Below are positions 11,496-23,843 of a DNA stretch of 64,000 nucleotides, piece after piece. Location: the NCBI GenBank assembly GCA_965153285.1, contig OZ229111.1; one strand, written 5' to 3'. Below the pieces are notes generated by a model that saw nothing but the letters and a program-made list of their open reading frames with translations, made no database searches and had not been told where the DNA came from. Source of the DNA: Podarcis tiliguerta. Lineage: Eukaryota. A program made the position numbers and the translations under genes. The stretch's first letter is position 1; every line of letters begins with the position of its first letter.

Positions 11496-13016
11496 TCGGC
11501 GCATGCAAGGAAAGTGACTGGGTATTGTAGTCAAAATAAGATGTAGGAAGAATTACTTTGAGAGCAGAGTCCTGAGCAAAGTCTTCGGCAAAAATTCCAC
11601 TAACTCAAAACTTTGCAGGATTAGGTTATATACAACAGTATACAACATTATATACAACATTAGGTTATATACAACAGTATACGGTTGTTGGGGCAAAAAT
11701 CTGATTACGCTAATAAACTTGCAAGACCTCACTCTTAACTTGGTTGTTAAAAAATGATGAAATGTTTAAAAAGGAGGGTGTTAATTCAAAAGCCTTTTTC
11801 AAATCTATGTTGCAATTAGGATATTTCCAATTAAGCACAGCTAGCCTATCTAGAGAGCTTAATTTCAGCTGGTGGTGGGGAAATCTACATTAAGTGCAAG
11901 GGAGAGTAACTCTCCCCTTACATTAGGGTATTGCATGGCTCTTTGCCAAAGATGACTATCTGGAGTCATTTCCTGTGGTCACTCCATCTGGCCCAGCAAG
12001 AACTCAAGCTTTGTACTTCCGGAGGATGTGGTTTTGGGCTACAAGGACCACAGACCTCAAGAATTCAGCTGCTCTTTGCAGTTTAACACATGGCTCTTCC
12101 TTTGTATCCCAGATCATCATCCTGGCTGCTGTTTGTAGGGCAGTTGCAGAGGAGATAAAGGAAAGGAAAAGAAACGAAAAAAGGAAAACCTGTAAGGCCC
12201 AGAAAATGTTTTCAGCTTATCCATGCAAAGAAAGAAGCTACGGGGAAATAAACTCTTTAAGAAATCTGTGGTTTGCTTAAAAATAAAACAAAAAAATTCA
12301 GAGCCACTAAGGGGCAGCAGTGTTTACTCACAAAGATAAATGCATCCGAAACTGGATGTTAAGAGGGAGCAAAAAGAGAGAGAGAGAAAAAAGTGCAACA
12401 AAGCAAGCTCCCTTATAGGACCATTTCTTATGGCGATCAAACCCTTCTGTTTCTGTGCAATGTCACATGCACCAAGGCAGAACTTTAATCCCATACACTC
12501 TAGGTAACAGCCCAATTTTATGCATGTTTCCTTAGAAGTATATTCCACTGAGCTCAAGGGGACTTGCTCTCTCATAAAAGTGCCCAAGACTGCAGTCTCA
12601 GGGGCAATGCTATTCTTGGCTGCAAAGACCACAAGTCACTTTTGCTTTTAACATGTTCCAGCACCATTCCTTTCACCTATGAAATATTTCTGTTCAGAAG
12701 ACACAAAGTAAACTGGTCACACACTATTTTACACCACATTTACTATCTGGTTAATCTACATGCACTGACATTCTTTTTTAAGTTTGACACCCTCCCCCCC
12801 CATCTTAACAGCAAAGGAAAGGGGGGAAACAGTTAATTAGATGGTGCTTGAGGGTGGGAGAGTTAGAAATCACCTTTTCTTCTAAACCTTTGATCTCTTT
12901 TCATAGTTTGGGTGCATTTCCTATATAACTTGTCCACCTCTTAACAAATAATGTTTTGCTGGTAAAGGGGAGCTGCAAAAGTTTCTCCCCCCCCCCCCCC
13001 GCTCTATACTTTAGGC

Positions 13017-13144
13017 CAGTGATGGCCAAACTTGGCCCTCCAGCTGTTTTGGGACTACAACTCCCATCATCCCGAGGTAACAGGTCAGGGATGGTGGGAA
13101 TTGTAGTCCCAAAACAGCTGGAGGGCCAACTTTGGCCATTACTG
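13017..13144. mobile_element. Palindromic hAT-type MITE
   Basis: TIR cagtgatggccaaa / tttggccattactg; the element is a near-perfect hairpin; 8-bp TSD ctttaggc at 13009-13016 and 13145-13152. Confidence 0.9.
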
Positions 13145-16100
13145 CTTTAGGCAAAAGAAAGGTGTGATCAGTACCAGAACCAAGCTCACATGTCCTTTCA
13201 CACAAAAATCCATTCCTGACCCCCCCCCCTTTTTAAAGCAACCTAATCTAGGTAAAAGTTTCTCAGTTGTTGTTGCTACTGTAGAGCAACTGGGAGTGTG
13301 CAACCTTGCAGTTCTACAGTAAGTCACTCAGAGACCTGCATGCAAATCCCAATCAAGCTCTGGACTTATGACCCAGAACCCTGATACTTCTTTGGCTTGT
13401 AGACTATCTAAAGATTTAAAGGCAAGACTTAAAAGGTATCATTTAGAAAGCCAAGACTTCCATAATTAGTTCCCACTTGCACCTTCAGCACAGAGGAAAT
13501 TTGAGGTGAGTATTTAAAAACCCATGTTGATTGAAGCAGAGCTTTCCCATGGAACACTGTTTCTTGGTTCTCTGGGCTCCTGAAGATAGCAAAGCACTCT
13601 CATGTAATAAAAGCCAGAGAGCCCAAAGCCCTCAGAAGTTTCTGAAATGGCCTAAAGGGGGCCTCAACCATTTCAAGGGTTAAAGAAAACTGAGCAACAG
13701 GGATCCTGGAGGGCAGTGAAAACAGTCAATACTCAAATGAGGGCAACAAAGCTAGTTTTATCAAAATGGACTGGTTTGACAGGAGAAAACAGACGGGAAA
13801 CTCCACAATGAAAACTGCAGCAGAGAAAGACATGGCAGCCTTGCAGAAAGAACAGCACCGTGTGGCACAGCCAAAGGATCAAAGGATTTTGGCAAGGTTG
13901 TAGCAGCTTTTAGTTTATTGGATTCTAAGCTTGCCAAACAATTCAATTTCTAGGAAAGTCAGTTTTGTACGAGACTTGAAAAAAGAACTGTAAGGAAGAA
14001 AAGGAAGGCCCACTGTGGCATTTTCTACTATGTTAGATCCAAACCAACTTCCCTCAGCATTCCAGGTGAGCAATGCAAAGCCCTACGTACTACTAATAAA
14101 GCTCCCAATACAGTGAAGTGTATTGGAATATGTTGCCAGGAAGAAACAAATATAACTTTGAGAAAATAATGCCTGCGCTGTAGGACTGTAGGTCTCATCT
14201 CCTGTCTGAGGCCAACTACCACTCTGACTAGACCCAAGCACAGAGTGACTTGGCCACAGTAGGAAAACAACCACAGGATGAAGAGAAAGGAACCCTTTTC
14301 CGGACCCCAACCCCCCTATATAATTACTCATAGTGTTCTTGGGCTATTTGCAGCTTCAACAAGCAGCTCTGGCACCTCCAAACTACCTATTAAAACAGCA
14401 ACACAATGCAGTAAACAGCACTGAGCGGAAAAGGTAAGGATTATTTTCAGCTGATTCCCTCTCAGGACAATTATTCTCAACCACTAAGCTGTGAGGCTGC
14501 GTTAACAGGAAAAGTGGCCATCTTTGGGACTAACATGAGCTCTTAAAAGTAGCACTGCTTTTTTTAACCTCCTGAGAGAAGGTTACAGGAGCCAGGATTG
14601 CCGTTTGATCACAATTCACAACAGATGGGACTTTCATATCACCCAACAACTTCAGTGATGACAGATCACACTTATGGTTGGAAATCACCAAAGGATTAGA
14701 TACCAAGCAATGAACATGCCTGTGTGAAGTAGACTCAACATGACCAAGAAACAAATGGATTCTATGAACAAATACTGGACTTGAGAATGCTATATGGATC
14801 TGTGAATTGGTGACCTGTCACCAGAAGAGACATGCATACAACATATTTCACTCTGAAAGAGCCTCATGGCTGAGGCATGATTACAGCTAGAGAATGGATC
14901 TACTTAAAATTGCAAATCTAGGTTTTGAACTTCCTCACATTAGCCTTGTTTGTAAGATTGCCTGCTAAGTCATGGATCCAGACCAATTTCTCATCTACTC
15001 CAAAGACAACAACAAAGTTATAGGTCACTTAAGATTCCTTAATATGCTCAGTTATTTGATCTCATGCTCTGCAGAAGGCCGAGCTGCAGGCTGGGCAAAA
15101 ATTTATGCCCTCTTTTGACTTCTGAAACTGGCTTTGACCCCCCCCCCCCCACACAAACACACACACATCCTTTCATACCCAAAGAACAAGACAAGTTATG
15201 AATGATCATAGAATCCCATGAGGCTTCCACTGCAGCTCACATTTATTGATAAGCTTTGTCAGACTGTGGAGATGTACTTTAACTCCTGTTGATCAATACA
15301 TAATCGCCTGACATGTCCATTTAGGCCAAGTGGGCTGCCAAGAACAATTACCCAGCAGAACAAGATTTTAAAAACAGCCTTCCAATTACTTACAAAGAGC
15401 TTTAAAAAATAAAAATAAATTAATAGCCACCCTAGTACATGCATACTAGCTAAACTAAGGACAAGTATATATGCACAATGAGCTGGATGGGTGAGTGTGG
15501 AATTGTCACTTAAAATTCAGATGCCAACACAACCTTTCACAACTAAGCACCTAAACTTTCCCTTCAAAGCAGAAAATCTAGACAGAATTTTGCAAGATTC
15601 CAGATTCCATTAAAAAGAGGGCAAAGCGTAGGATTGACACATCTTTTAAGTATCAGTATTTGCATCTAAATGTTGATCAATGGCAATTTGCATATATTTA
15701 AATGAACATGCAAATGTGCAAAAGCTGTTCATTTGTGTCAGATGTGGCAATGCTCCCAATCACCCAACAACTCCAGTTTTTTCTCCCATTAAAGCCACAG
15801 TGTAATTTATTCCCATCTATCACCCAAACCTTGAAACCACCACCAGCAAAGCAGTAGAGTTGCCACGTAGCGGGCTATAAACCATCCTAGTTGGGTTTTA
15901 TTTGCTTATCCTCAGTGCAATTCAATGGAGATTTTTTAATGAACATCCCCTACCCACCCCAGCACTCCCCTACCCAACGGGAAGCAGCAACCTGACAAAG
16001 CAGTGGCAAGAGAGAGGAGCCTAGACTGCCCAAGAGGAACAGCACGTGTTGCCCAGCAGGGAGGAAACGTGAAAGCAAGGCCCAAGCAACAAGCTGCTGT

Positions 16101-16333
16101 TACTACCTCTCAGAAGGAAAGAAGCCGTTCTCTGGATAAGTCCTGATGGAGGAACAAAATGGTGGAGAAAGGCAATGAGGACACAAAAAAAGAATATAAA
16201 TACACAGATGTAAAGGTAATGAAAGATTAACAACCATGTGTTGTCTCCATTCGTCAAGATGAGGCAAGATAATCATGATACTAATAATGAACTCCTACTG
16301 CAAGTGCAGATCTTCATGTGGTCAAAAGGCTCC

Positions 16334-16395
16334 ACACAGATACAGATACAGAAACAGATACAGACACAGATACAGATACAGACACAGACACACAC
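16334..16395. repeat. Imperfect hexanucleotide repeat (ACAGAT/ACAGAC)n
   Basis: Read directly. Confidence 0.9.
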
Positions 16396-17929
16396 CCAGC
16401 AGTCTGGGGAGAACTTGAGGTTTGCAGAAGTAAAAACCAAGAACAAACTTGAGCAAGAAGTAATCCTTTGGCAGATCACAGCGACATAGAATATGTGCCC
16501 AATCTTCTTGAGCGACATGTGACTACCTGAATCTGCTCCAGTATCTCTACCTTCCTTTAATGTTGTGTGTGGGTGTATTTATAAACTAGAATATGGTCCA
16601 TGGTATTAAATTACTCAGGTTTGCAGAAACAAAGCTGACCGGTATTTCTGCACTGGGAATAAATAAACTTATTATAAAGTTCATTGTGTTTTCATGCTGG
16701 CAAAATTCAGAAGTACATAGTACTCCACTAAGGAAGCTGAAAGAAGCAGGCAGGTGTTTAGTTGCCCTGTAGGGTGGGGTTCCTGGTTTGCTGGTGTTTG
16801 GGAGTGCAATCTGCTAGCACTGAGTTTCAGAGCCAATGCAGAAGGATTTGCATGTTCAAGCACAAACTGCTTCTGGCAAGCAGGTATGTATGTGATTGTT
16901 ACGCTCCTTTGACTGAAACGGAAGGATGAATCCATTGTAGATTATTATTGGGAATACTGCCCTTGGAGGTCCTCTGTTTGCCGCAATCAGCTCCAGGCAC
17001 CAAACAGCAAGCAGAAAAGGAAATTGGTCTTCTTTGACAAATGCAATAAAGAATACAAAAGAAAACAGAACAGCTCAGAACAAAGCCTCCTGCTGATGTT
17101 TACAACGATGCATGCCCAAGTTTCGGCTCAAAGCATTTTCTGAACTCAAAGGAAGAGCCCTCTAAGAACACGTTTCACACATCTTGCTTCTAAACAGGTT
17201 ACTATTTTCCCCTTTCTTTCATTTCTACTGTGCAAACTCTGCAGCCTCTCCTATTATTCACTGCCTACCTCAACCATCATTCAGCATACAGGCAAACTAT
17301 ATGTAGTGTAAACTGCAACTAAACTAGGTGTTGCAGCGAAAGATGGCAGACATGCACGGACAGGAGTCATAATCAGCTGTGCTGGGGAACAAGGTGGGAG
17401 TGATGCAGCAGCACAGAATATAGCTGCTCCAAATGCCAAGTTAGTAAACAAGACTACTGATCACTCCTACTGACAGCTATTAGCATATAATTGTTCATCA
17501 CATGTGCACTACACTTCAAGTGCCATGTCTAACCTGCCTTCATTGACCAAAGCCAACTTCAAAAATGGACAATGACATTTTGGCTAAACAGCAATCCTAG
17601 CTACAAACAGAACAGGGGCTACGGTGCCAATCTGCTCTCATACAGGGTAGGGAACCTTGTAGGCTTCCTGGACCAGATCTGTAATGGGATCACCCCCACA
17701 GAAGTAGAAACAAAGGAGAGGATGACAGAAGGACAAAAGTCAAAGAGAAACAGCACTTCTGTGACAGATTCGTCCAATCTCTTCCACCTCATCAAAGAGA
17801 AGTAGTATAATACAGGTGACCTGTGGACGCACGTGGCTCAGTCCAGCTGTCAATTGGTCACTGGCTGTGGTCAATTCCATTAGCTTTATAAAAGATCAAG
17901 AAGGGGAATAAAACAAGTAATTGCCTTAC

Positions 17930-17955
17930 CAGATCTCTTCTTTCCAATTGGTTCC
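17930..17955 (-). CDS. SH3PXD2B: SH3PXD2B coding exon 6 (26-nt micro-exon, PX-SH3 linker)
   Basis: TTTTCTCTTTCTCAG|GGAACCAATTGGAAAGAAGAGATCTG|GTAAGG; (E)EPIGKKRS(G); phase 2 to 1, needed to keep the frame between exons 5 and 7. Confidence 0.95.
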
Positions 17956-18799
17956 CTGAGAAAGAGAAAATAAACTTGATTAACAAGACAACGTAACAAG
18001 CCCTGTCTATATGGCTGTATGTAAGTTGTTAGCATGAAGAAGAGTCCAAACTTTGGATAGTTCTTGGTCCAGAATCTGCAACTGTATTTATTTTTCTTTT
18101 ATACCACTTTATATTTTGAGAAATCCATAAGCAGTTTACACATCTCAACAAAAATAACTATATATGAATAAATTCCACATTCAAGTTGCTGCTAATGGTT
18201 TATTTATTTTTTATAAATTGTTTCATTAAAATATACACATCACTTGTTTGTAAATAGAAACCTCAAAACAGTTCCTGCAAATACAGTGTCTGCCCCTGAA
18301 TCACCCCATTGTTCCAAGAAATGAAAGCTGTGACAAAGATACCAGCCTTTCACCCAGCCAACATGTGCTTTTAATTTAACAAACGTGCAGCACTGACCCG
18401 ATGCAGGGTTTGAAGGCAGACTCACAACACCAGCTAAAATGATATCTGTCAACTAAGCTTTCCCCTCCCTTTTAACATAAACTGCTCAGTAAAAGCCTAA
18501 CTGCATTCACTTGATAGAGAGGCCTCATATTGATGTGGCCAATCTAGCCATGACAGCTATTTCACACAAGCTGCTATGTAGTGGTTGCAATTCCCATACA
18601 AGATTCTTGGGACCACAAAAACAGCTCTAAGAACATGTAGCGCACTAAGATCTATCTTTTATTTTGTTACTATAGGGAGATTTACCTCCCGGTGAAAACC
18701 ACCTGAAAGCAAGTCATGTAAGATGGTTTATTATATACCTGGTATCAACAGAACTGTGTCTAATGAAAAGTGTCCTTTCATTAGACTCATTTCATAGAC

Positions 18800-18935
18800 T
18801 AGGCACCCCCAATCTTCGGCCTTCCAGATGTTTTGGACTACAATTGCCATCATCCCTGACCACTGGTCCTGTTAGCTAGGGATCATGGGAGTTGTAGGCC
18901 AAAACATCTGGAGGGCCGCAGGTTGGGGATGCCTG
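18800..18935. mobile_element. Palindromic hAT-type MITE
   Basis: TIR (t/c)aggcacccccaa / ttggggatgcctg; 8-bp TSD tcatagac at 18792-18799 and 18936-18943. Confidence 0.9.
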
Positions 18936-18943
18936 TCATAGAC

Positions 18944-19011
18944 TCATAGAATTGTAGAGGTGGAAGAGACCCAACACATCATCTAGTCCAACCACATGCA
19001 TTGCAGGAATC
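18944..19011 (-). mobile_element. Short CR1 3'-end fragment
   Basis: tcatagaattgtagaggtggaagagacccaacacatcatctagtccaacc...gcaggaatc, homologous to 10088-10160. Confidence 0.7.
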
Positions 19012-20612
19012 ACATTTGTGTAGTGCTAAACCAGGTTTAGCATTAAATTTGAGCACTGGCAATGCATCTGCACCAAATCACAGAAAACATTTTTCTTATG
19101 CAAAATTATGTTAAGAGCACTGAAAACTGTGACCGTTCACAGGATGTGCTGCAGACTGCATTCCTCTTTCCAGGGATGCCAGCAACAGACTCTGGTGAGA
19201 AACAGCTGGCGCTCTCATAGCCTTAGAAACCAGACATAGGGGCCAAAGAGCAACTCAATAAAACATATGGATTCAAGTAAATTTCCTGGGTCTGAGGATT
19301 CTCCAATACAGACAGCAGCTCAGACAAGATGTAATAATGCTCAACCACAGCTTGATCAGCAAACATGATAGGAAAGGCAGAAGCCTAAAGGATAAATAGC
19401 CAATCATAGGGAATCCACAGTATTACATACACAAGCAGGCATGAGCCTGGTTCCTAAGCATGTGAGCAAACTAAGGTTTACACAGTTTGTCATTTCGCCA
19501 GAATCTGGCCGTGTACATTTGCTGAGAACCAAAAAAGTAGGGGTGGTGGTGGTATGGGGTGTAGACGTCAGAGGCTCAGGCTTGCTTGTACACACAACAC
19601 CAAATCAGTTTGGCATTACATCTAAACCCCATCAGAATCTCATGAAACAGACAATCAGCAGAGGGGCAATAATAATCAAGACAGTATCAGCCTTAAGCAT
19701 TTTCTTTACTTGTTGGGCACCAGGGGAGAAAGAGATTCCAATGGGGACCCAACTGAGTTCTTCCTATCTAGCATACAACTGCAGTGCCTTGAAAACGGTT
19801 GCTTTTTATTCTTGTCTGCTAAATGTATTAAGTGTAACACATCACTTTCCATCTCTTTTCTGCTATCCTTCCTGTCTGGAAGAGGAGGGGGAAGGGAGCC
19901 TGCACTTTCATTTTCTTGCCAGGACCTTCTTGGATTGACCAGATACACCTCTGAGAGCAGTAACTCAAGACAAGACAGGAAACGGCAGTAAGCTTGCAGC
20001 AACCTGCAGCTTCCTCCCATCTGCCTATCACCCCACTCTGCAACAGGAGAAAGCAATGTGGCATTGGCCCATAAAAATACCTCTTAGAAAGGCTAACAAG
20101 TGAAAGAACATGGGGATGTTACATGTTTTAGGTCACTGTTCTGTTTTCCCAGGGGCGGAGGGGGATACTAATCAATCGGCCCTAAAATAATTACAGAACC
20201 ACGTCATTACCAAAAATGAGGACAATCTTGAAACAAAACCAGTGTTTGTCTTTGCATCTCATTCTAAGAAAAACAAGATCAACAAAGTGAATGCTCAAAA
20301 CAGAAGGCAAGTCTTCATTTTTTCTGCCAAGCATGACTACTAATGGGCGACTTTCAACACTTGCTCTGTACAGAAATCCTGGTACCATCTTTGGGCTTCT
20401 AGGAACAAACCCTAGGATGTTTAGACAACAAATCTCATTAAAAAGTTTATGTCTTCCATAACAGGACACAAGACATCTGCAATTGAACTGAGCACTCGGA
20501 AACAATCTCTAGCACAATCTGTCTCATGAAGTTATTTTTTTGCAAAATATATGCAGCCTGAGAAATAGGCTTAAATTTTTAATATAAAATATAAATTGTA
20601 GTCCATATTGTA

Positions 20613-20973
20613 AGGTAAAGGTAAAGGTACCCCTGCCCGTATGGGCCAGTCGTGTCCGACTCTAGGGTTGTGCGCCCATCTCACTTAAGAGGCCGGGGGA
20701 CAGCGCTGTCCGGAGACACTTCCGGGTCACGTGGCCAGTGTGACAAAGCTGCTATGGCGAGCCAGCGCAGCACACGGAAACGCCATTTACCTTCCCGCTA
20801 TAAAGCGGTACCTATTTATCTACTTGCACTTAAGAATGCTTTCAAACTGCTAGGTGGGCAGGAGCTGGGACCGAACGACGGGAGCTCACCCCGCCGCGGG
20901 GATTCGAACCGCCAACCATATGATCGGCAAGTCCTAGGCACTGAGGTTTTACCCACAGCGTCACCCGTGTCCC
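20613..20973 (-). mobile_element. Sauria SINE, full length, young
   Basis: (AAAGGT)n tail at left, head at right, CpG-rich; perfect 13-bp TSD agtccatattgta at 20600-20612 and 20974-20986. Confidence 0.95.
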
Positions 20974-22181
20974 AGTCCATATTGTACCACTTCCAAAATG
21001 ATGGAAGGTATTTTATATTGCTCATCACCAGCTTCAAATGTAGCACATGGAAGGGTCAATTTAAATTTGATGGATGGGGATTACACAGAGGTCACTTAAA
21101 AATGGGTGCTTCACGTTTCTGGAGTAGTATTTAGAAGTCTCTTAGCCTTTTAGCCAAGATGGTAGCTATGGTGCCCTGCAGAGAGGCTGCATATACAGGG
21201 GTGAGTGTGTGGTCATAATCTTTTACAGTTACACAAAGCACCGTAGAGAGAAAAATGAGTTTTGGCAACTTTCACATCAGCACCATCACATTTAAAACCC
21301 TAAGTAAAATCCTGTTAATTGAAACTGATACAAAAAATGGAGTTTGACCAGACAGCTCACATCAGCTGAACTCTTTTTCTGACCCATCTTCCCTCGCTTT
21401 GATTTACTGGCAGTGCTGCAGGATGGCTGCAGGACGCAATCAATTACTACAAATACCGTTTCAGCCTTCACCTAGCTATGTGTCTCTAAGTATGCTATAC
21501 AATAGCAAATTCATTCTATGAAATGTGTCTCTTTTTATAGCCAAAATGACACCATTCGTGCACAAGAGGAAGGCATTAGACTCAGCAGACTTTTTTGGGG
21601 GGAGGGAGGGAGTTTACAAAAAATCTGAAGGAGGGACCCTGCAAAACAGCCACCACCAACAAGGACTGAGCCTGGCTCAGCAGGCAAATAAGGTCAGCGG
21701 ACTCTCTGTATGTGTTTGTGTGTTTATTATTTATTTTAAAAATCTATACCCACCATCTAGGGCTCAAAATGTCTTATAATTATAAAAATAAAGAAGCACT
21801 GGTGTACAGTGTAAACATTGATGCTCCACAGAATCAGGGAAGGCAAGCACAAAAGCCACCCTGGAGTGGTTCAAACATACACACAGAGGCAGCCTTGAAG
21901 AAAGATGGCAGAAAGAGGATTTTAAAACTGTATTGCTGACCTGCAAGGAATAGCCCAAGGAATCTGAGTTTTAGATTGCTACCTTAATCAAAGTGTGGCT
22001 ACTACTACATCCAGTTTTTCTAGGGCAGAAACTAAATAAAGATTACGGTAGGTAAAGGAAGGTGGTTAAAGAACAAGCTAAGGCTTAAATCAGGTATGAA
22101 GGAGAATAACTCAATCCTTTGAAGAGAGTTCAAGAAAGATGTTGACAGTGTGAAGCAGCTGTGAAAAAGGCGAATTCCATG

Positions 22182-22600
22182 TTGGAACACTGTGTCCCAT
22201 TCTGGTCGCCTTGCCTCAAAAAGGATATTGTACAGCTGGAGAGGTTGATAAAAGGGCAACCAAAAACATTCAAGAAGATGGAGCAACTCCCCTATGTGGA
22301 AAGACTGTAGAATTTGAGCCTTTTTAGTTTAGAGAAAAGGTGAGTAAAAGGAAACATGTCAGAAGTGTACACAACTATGTACGGTGTGAATAAAATGGAT
22401 AGGGAGAATTTTTTCTCCCTCTTTTGTAATATTAGAATGCAAGGCCATCCATCGCAGCTGAATGCTGGAAGATTCAGGACATACAAAAGGCGGCACTTCT
22501 TCACGCAGTGCAGAGTTAACTATGGAATTTGCTCTTCCCGCAAGACTTAGTGATGGCCACCAGCTTGGATAGCTTTAACAAAGGGACTAGACAAATTAAT
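22182..22600 (+). mobile_element. CR1 LINE ORF2 C-terminal fragment (decayed)
   Basis: Translates to LEHCVPFWSPCLKKDIVQLERL..KRATK....LPYVERL..L.LFSLEKR, typical CR1 ORF2 end, with stops and frameshifts. Confidence 0.88.
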
Positions 22601-23596
22601 TCACTGTGTATCTTTTGAGTTTAAATTCTGTGGATGTTTGAAATTCTGAACATCCATTCCAGAGGCAAGGCTCTGATGCCGTGTAATCAAAGCGCAGGCT
22701 TTATGCACAACCCCCAGAGGCCTCCTATTCAGTGATCCTGCAGATCTATAGATAAGGCACCAAAAATTAGATAAGCCACTAGAAATGTTTGTCAAGCACA
22801 TTCCACCACAGATCTGTAGCTGCAAACAAAAACCTCACATCTCCTTCTCCCTGCCATGGTGTAACTCACAGTGTATTATATTTATAGTGTTCCTTTTAAG
22901 AGGAATGGCTCTGCCCTCGTTAACATTACCGGAACACAGATGACAAGATGTACACAGGTCTCCAAGACAAGTTACTGGAAAGAACAAGAAGCCAGCAAAG
23001 AGCCTAATCTGTCCTGTCTGTTGCTTCTCTCTAGTAGAGTACAGCAGATTGTTCTTAATAGCCACTTAGGAGTCTGTGCATGGAAAGCTCAAGGCTCTCA
23101 GCATGAGGACTGTTAGCAGCTAAATCCCTTAACTCAGCAATGGCTTTTTTGTCGCACACATCAGACTTTCACAGCTTCACTGCTGCGCTTCTTTATGTCA
23201 CTAGTGGGGGAAGGGGGAAGCGTATTTCAACTTGAGAAAAGAAAAGAATACAAAGAGGCTTTCAGTTCCTGCGTGTCCTGGGACTTTCACAGATCCATCC
23301 AAGCAGCCTTACTGCTTTCCTAAACCAGTAAGTTTCAAAAGTTGTTACTAGATGCCCAGTCTTGCCTTCCCACTTTGTCCATGCAACCTTTGGCCCAATT
23401 AGATGAGACCAGTCCTAACCAACATGGCTAATGGCAAAGGATGATGAGAGCTGGAGTCCATCGTCATCAGGAGTCCCGTGGGTTCCCTATCCCTTCTCTA
23501 GCCCACAAAGGCTTACATAACTATAAATATGTTTGCCTAAAGCACTAACTGGAGCCTTCTTTTACTTTTCTTTTTTTGAACAGAAGTCTCTGATTG

Positions 23597-23843
23597 GTTC
23601 ACACGTTATACCAAGCCAAACCATGGTTTGGCACTAATGCACAAGCATGTAAGTTCTTGGAGAGAAGAGGTCTGTTCTTGATTTACAGCCCATGGTTTGT
23701 CTAGAGGAGACAAACCATGGTTTAGCTCCAAGTAGGACAGCAGCAGCACACACAGTGCAGAACTGCAGGGCCAGCTGTGATCTTCTGTCCAGGAACATGT
23801 GCATTCCTGCTAAGCAATGGTTTTGACTTAGTGTTATGTGAAC
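23597..23843. repeat. Old palindromic interspersed element with repeated aaaccatggttt motifs
   Basis: Termini gttcacacgttataccaagccaaaccatggttt / agcaatggttttgacttagtgttatgtgaac are inverted; inner hairpin ccatggtttgtct...agacaaaccatgg. Confidence 0.65.

Noticed and set aside
16238-16518. QI/QT- and Cys-rich ORFs on both strands (also KKER ORFs near 32800)
   Set aside because: Artefacts of microsatellite translation.
19441-19938. 165-aa plus-strand ORF (likewise 41772-42230)
   Set aside because: Antisense to the gene, no recognisable domain, composition like intronic DNA.
20652-21134. 160-aa ORF
   Set aside because: Mostly the antisense of a GC-rich Sauria SINE.
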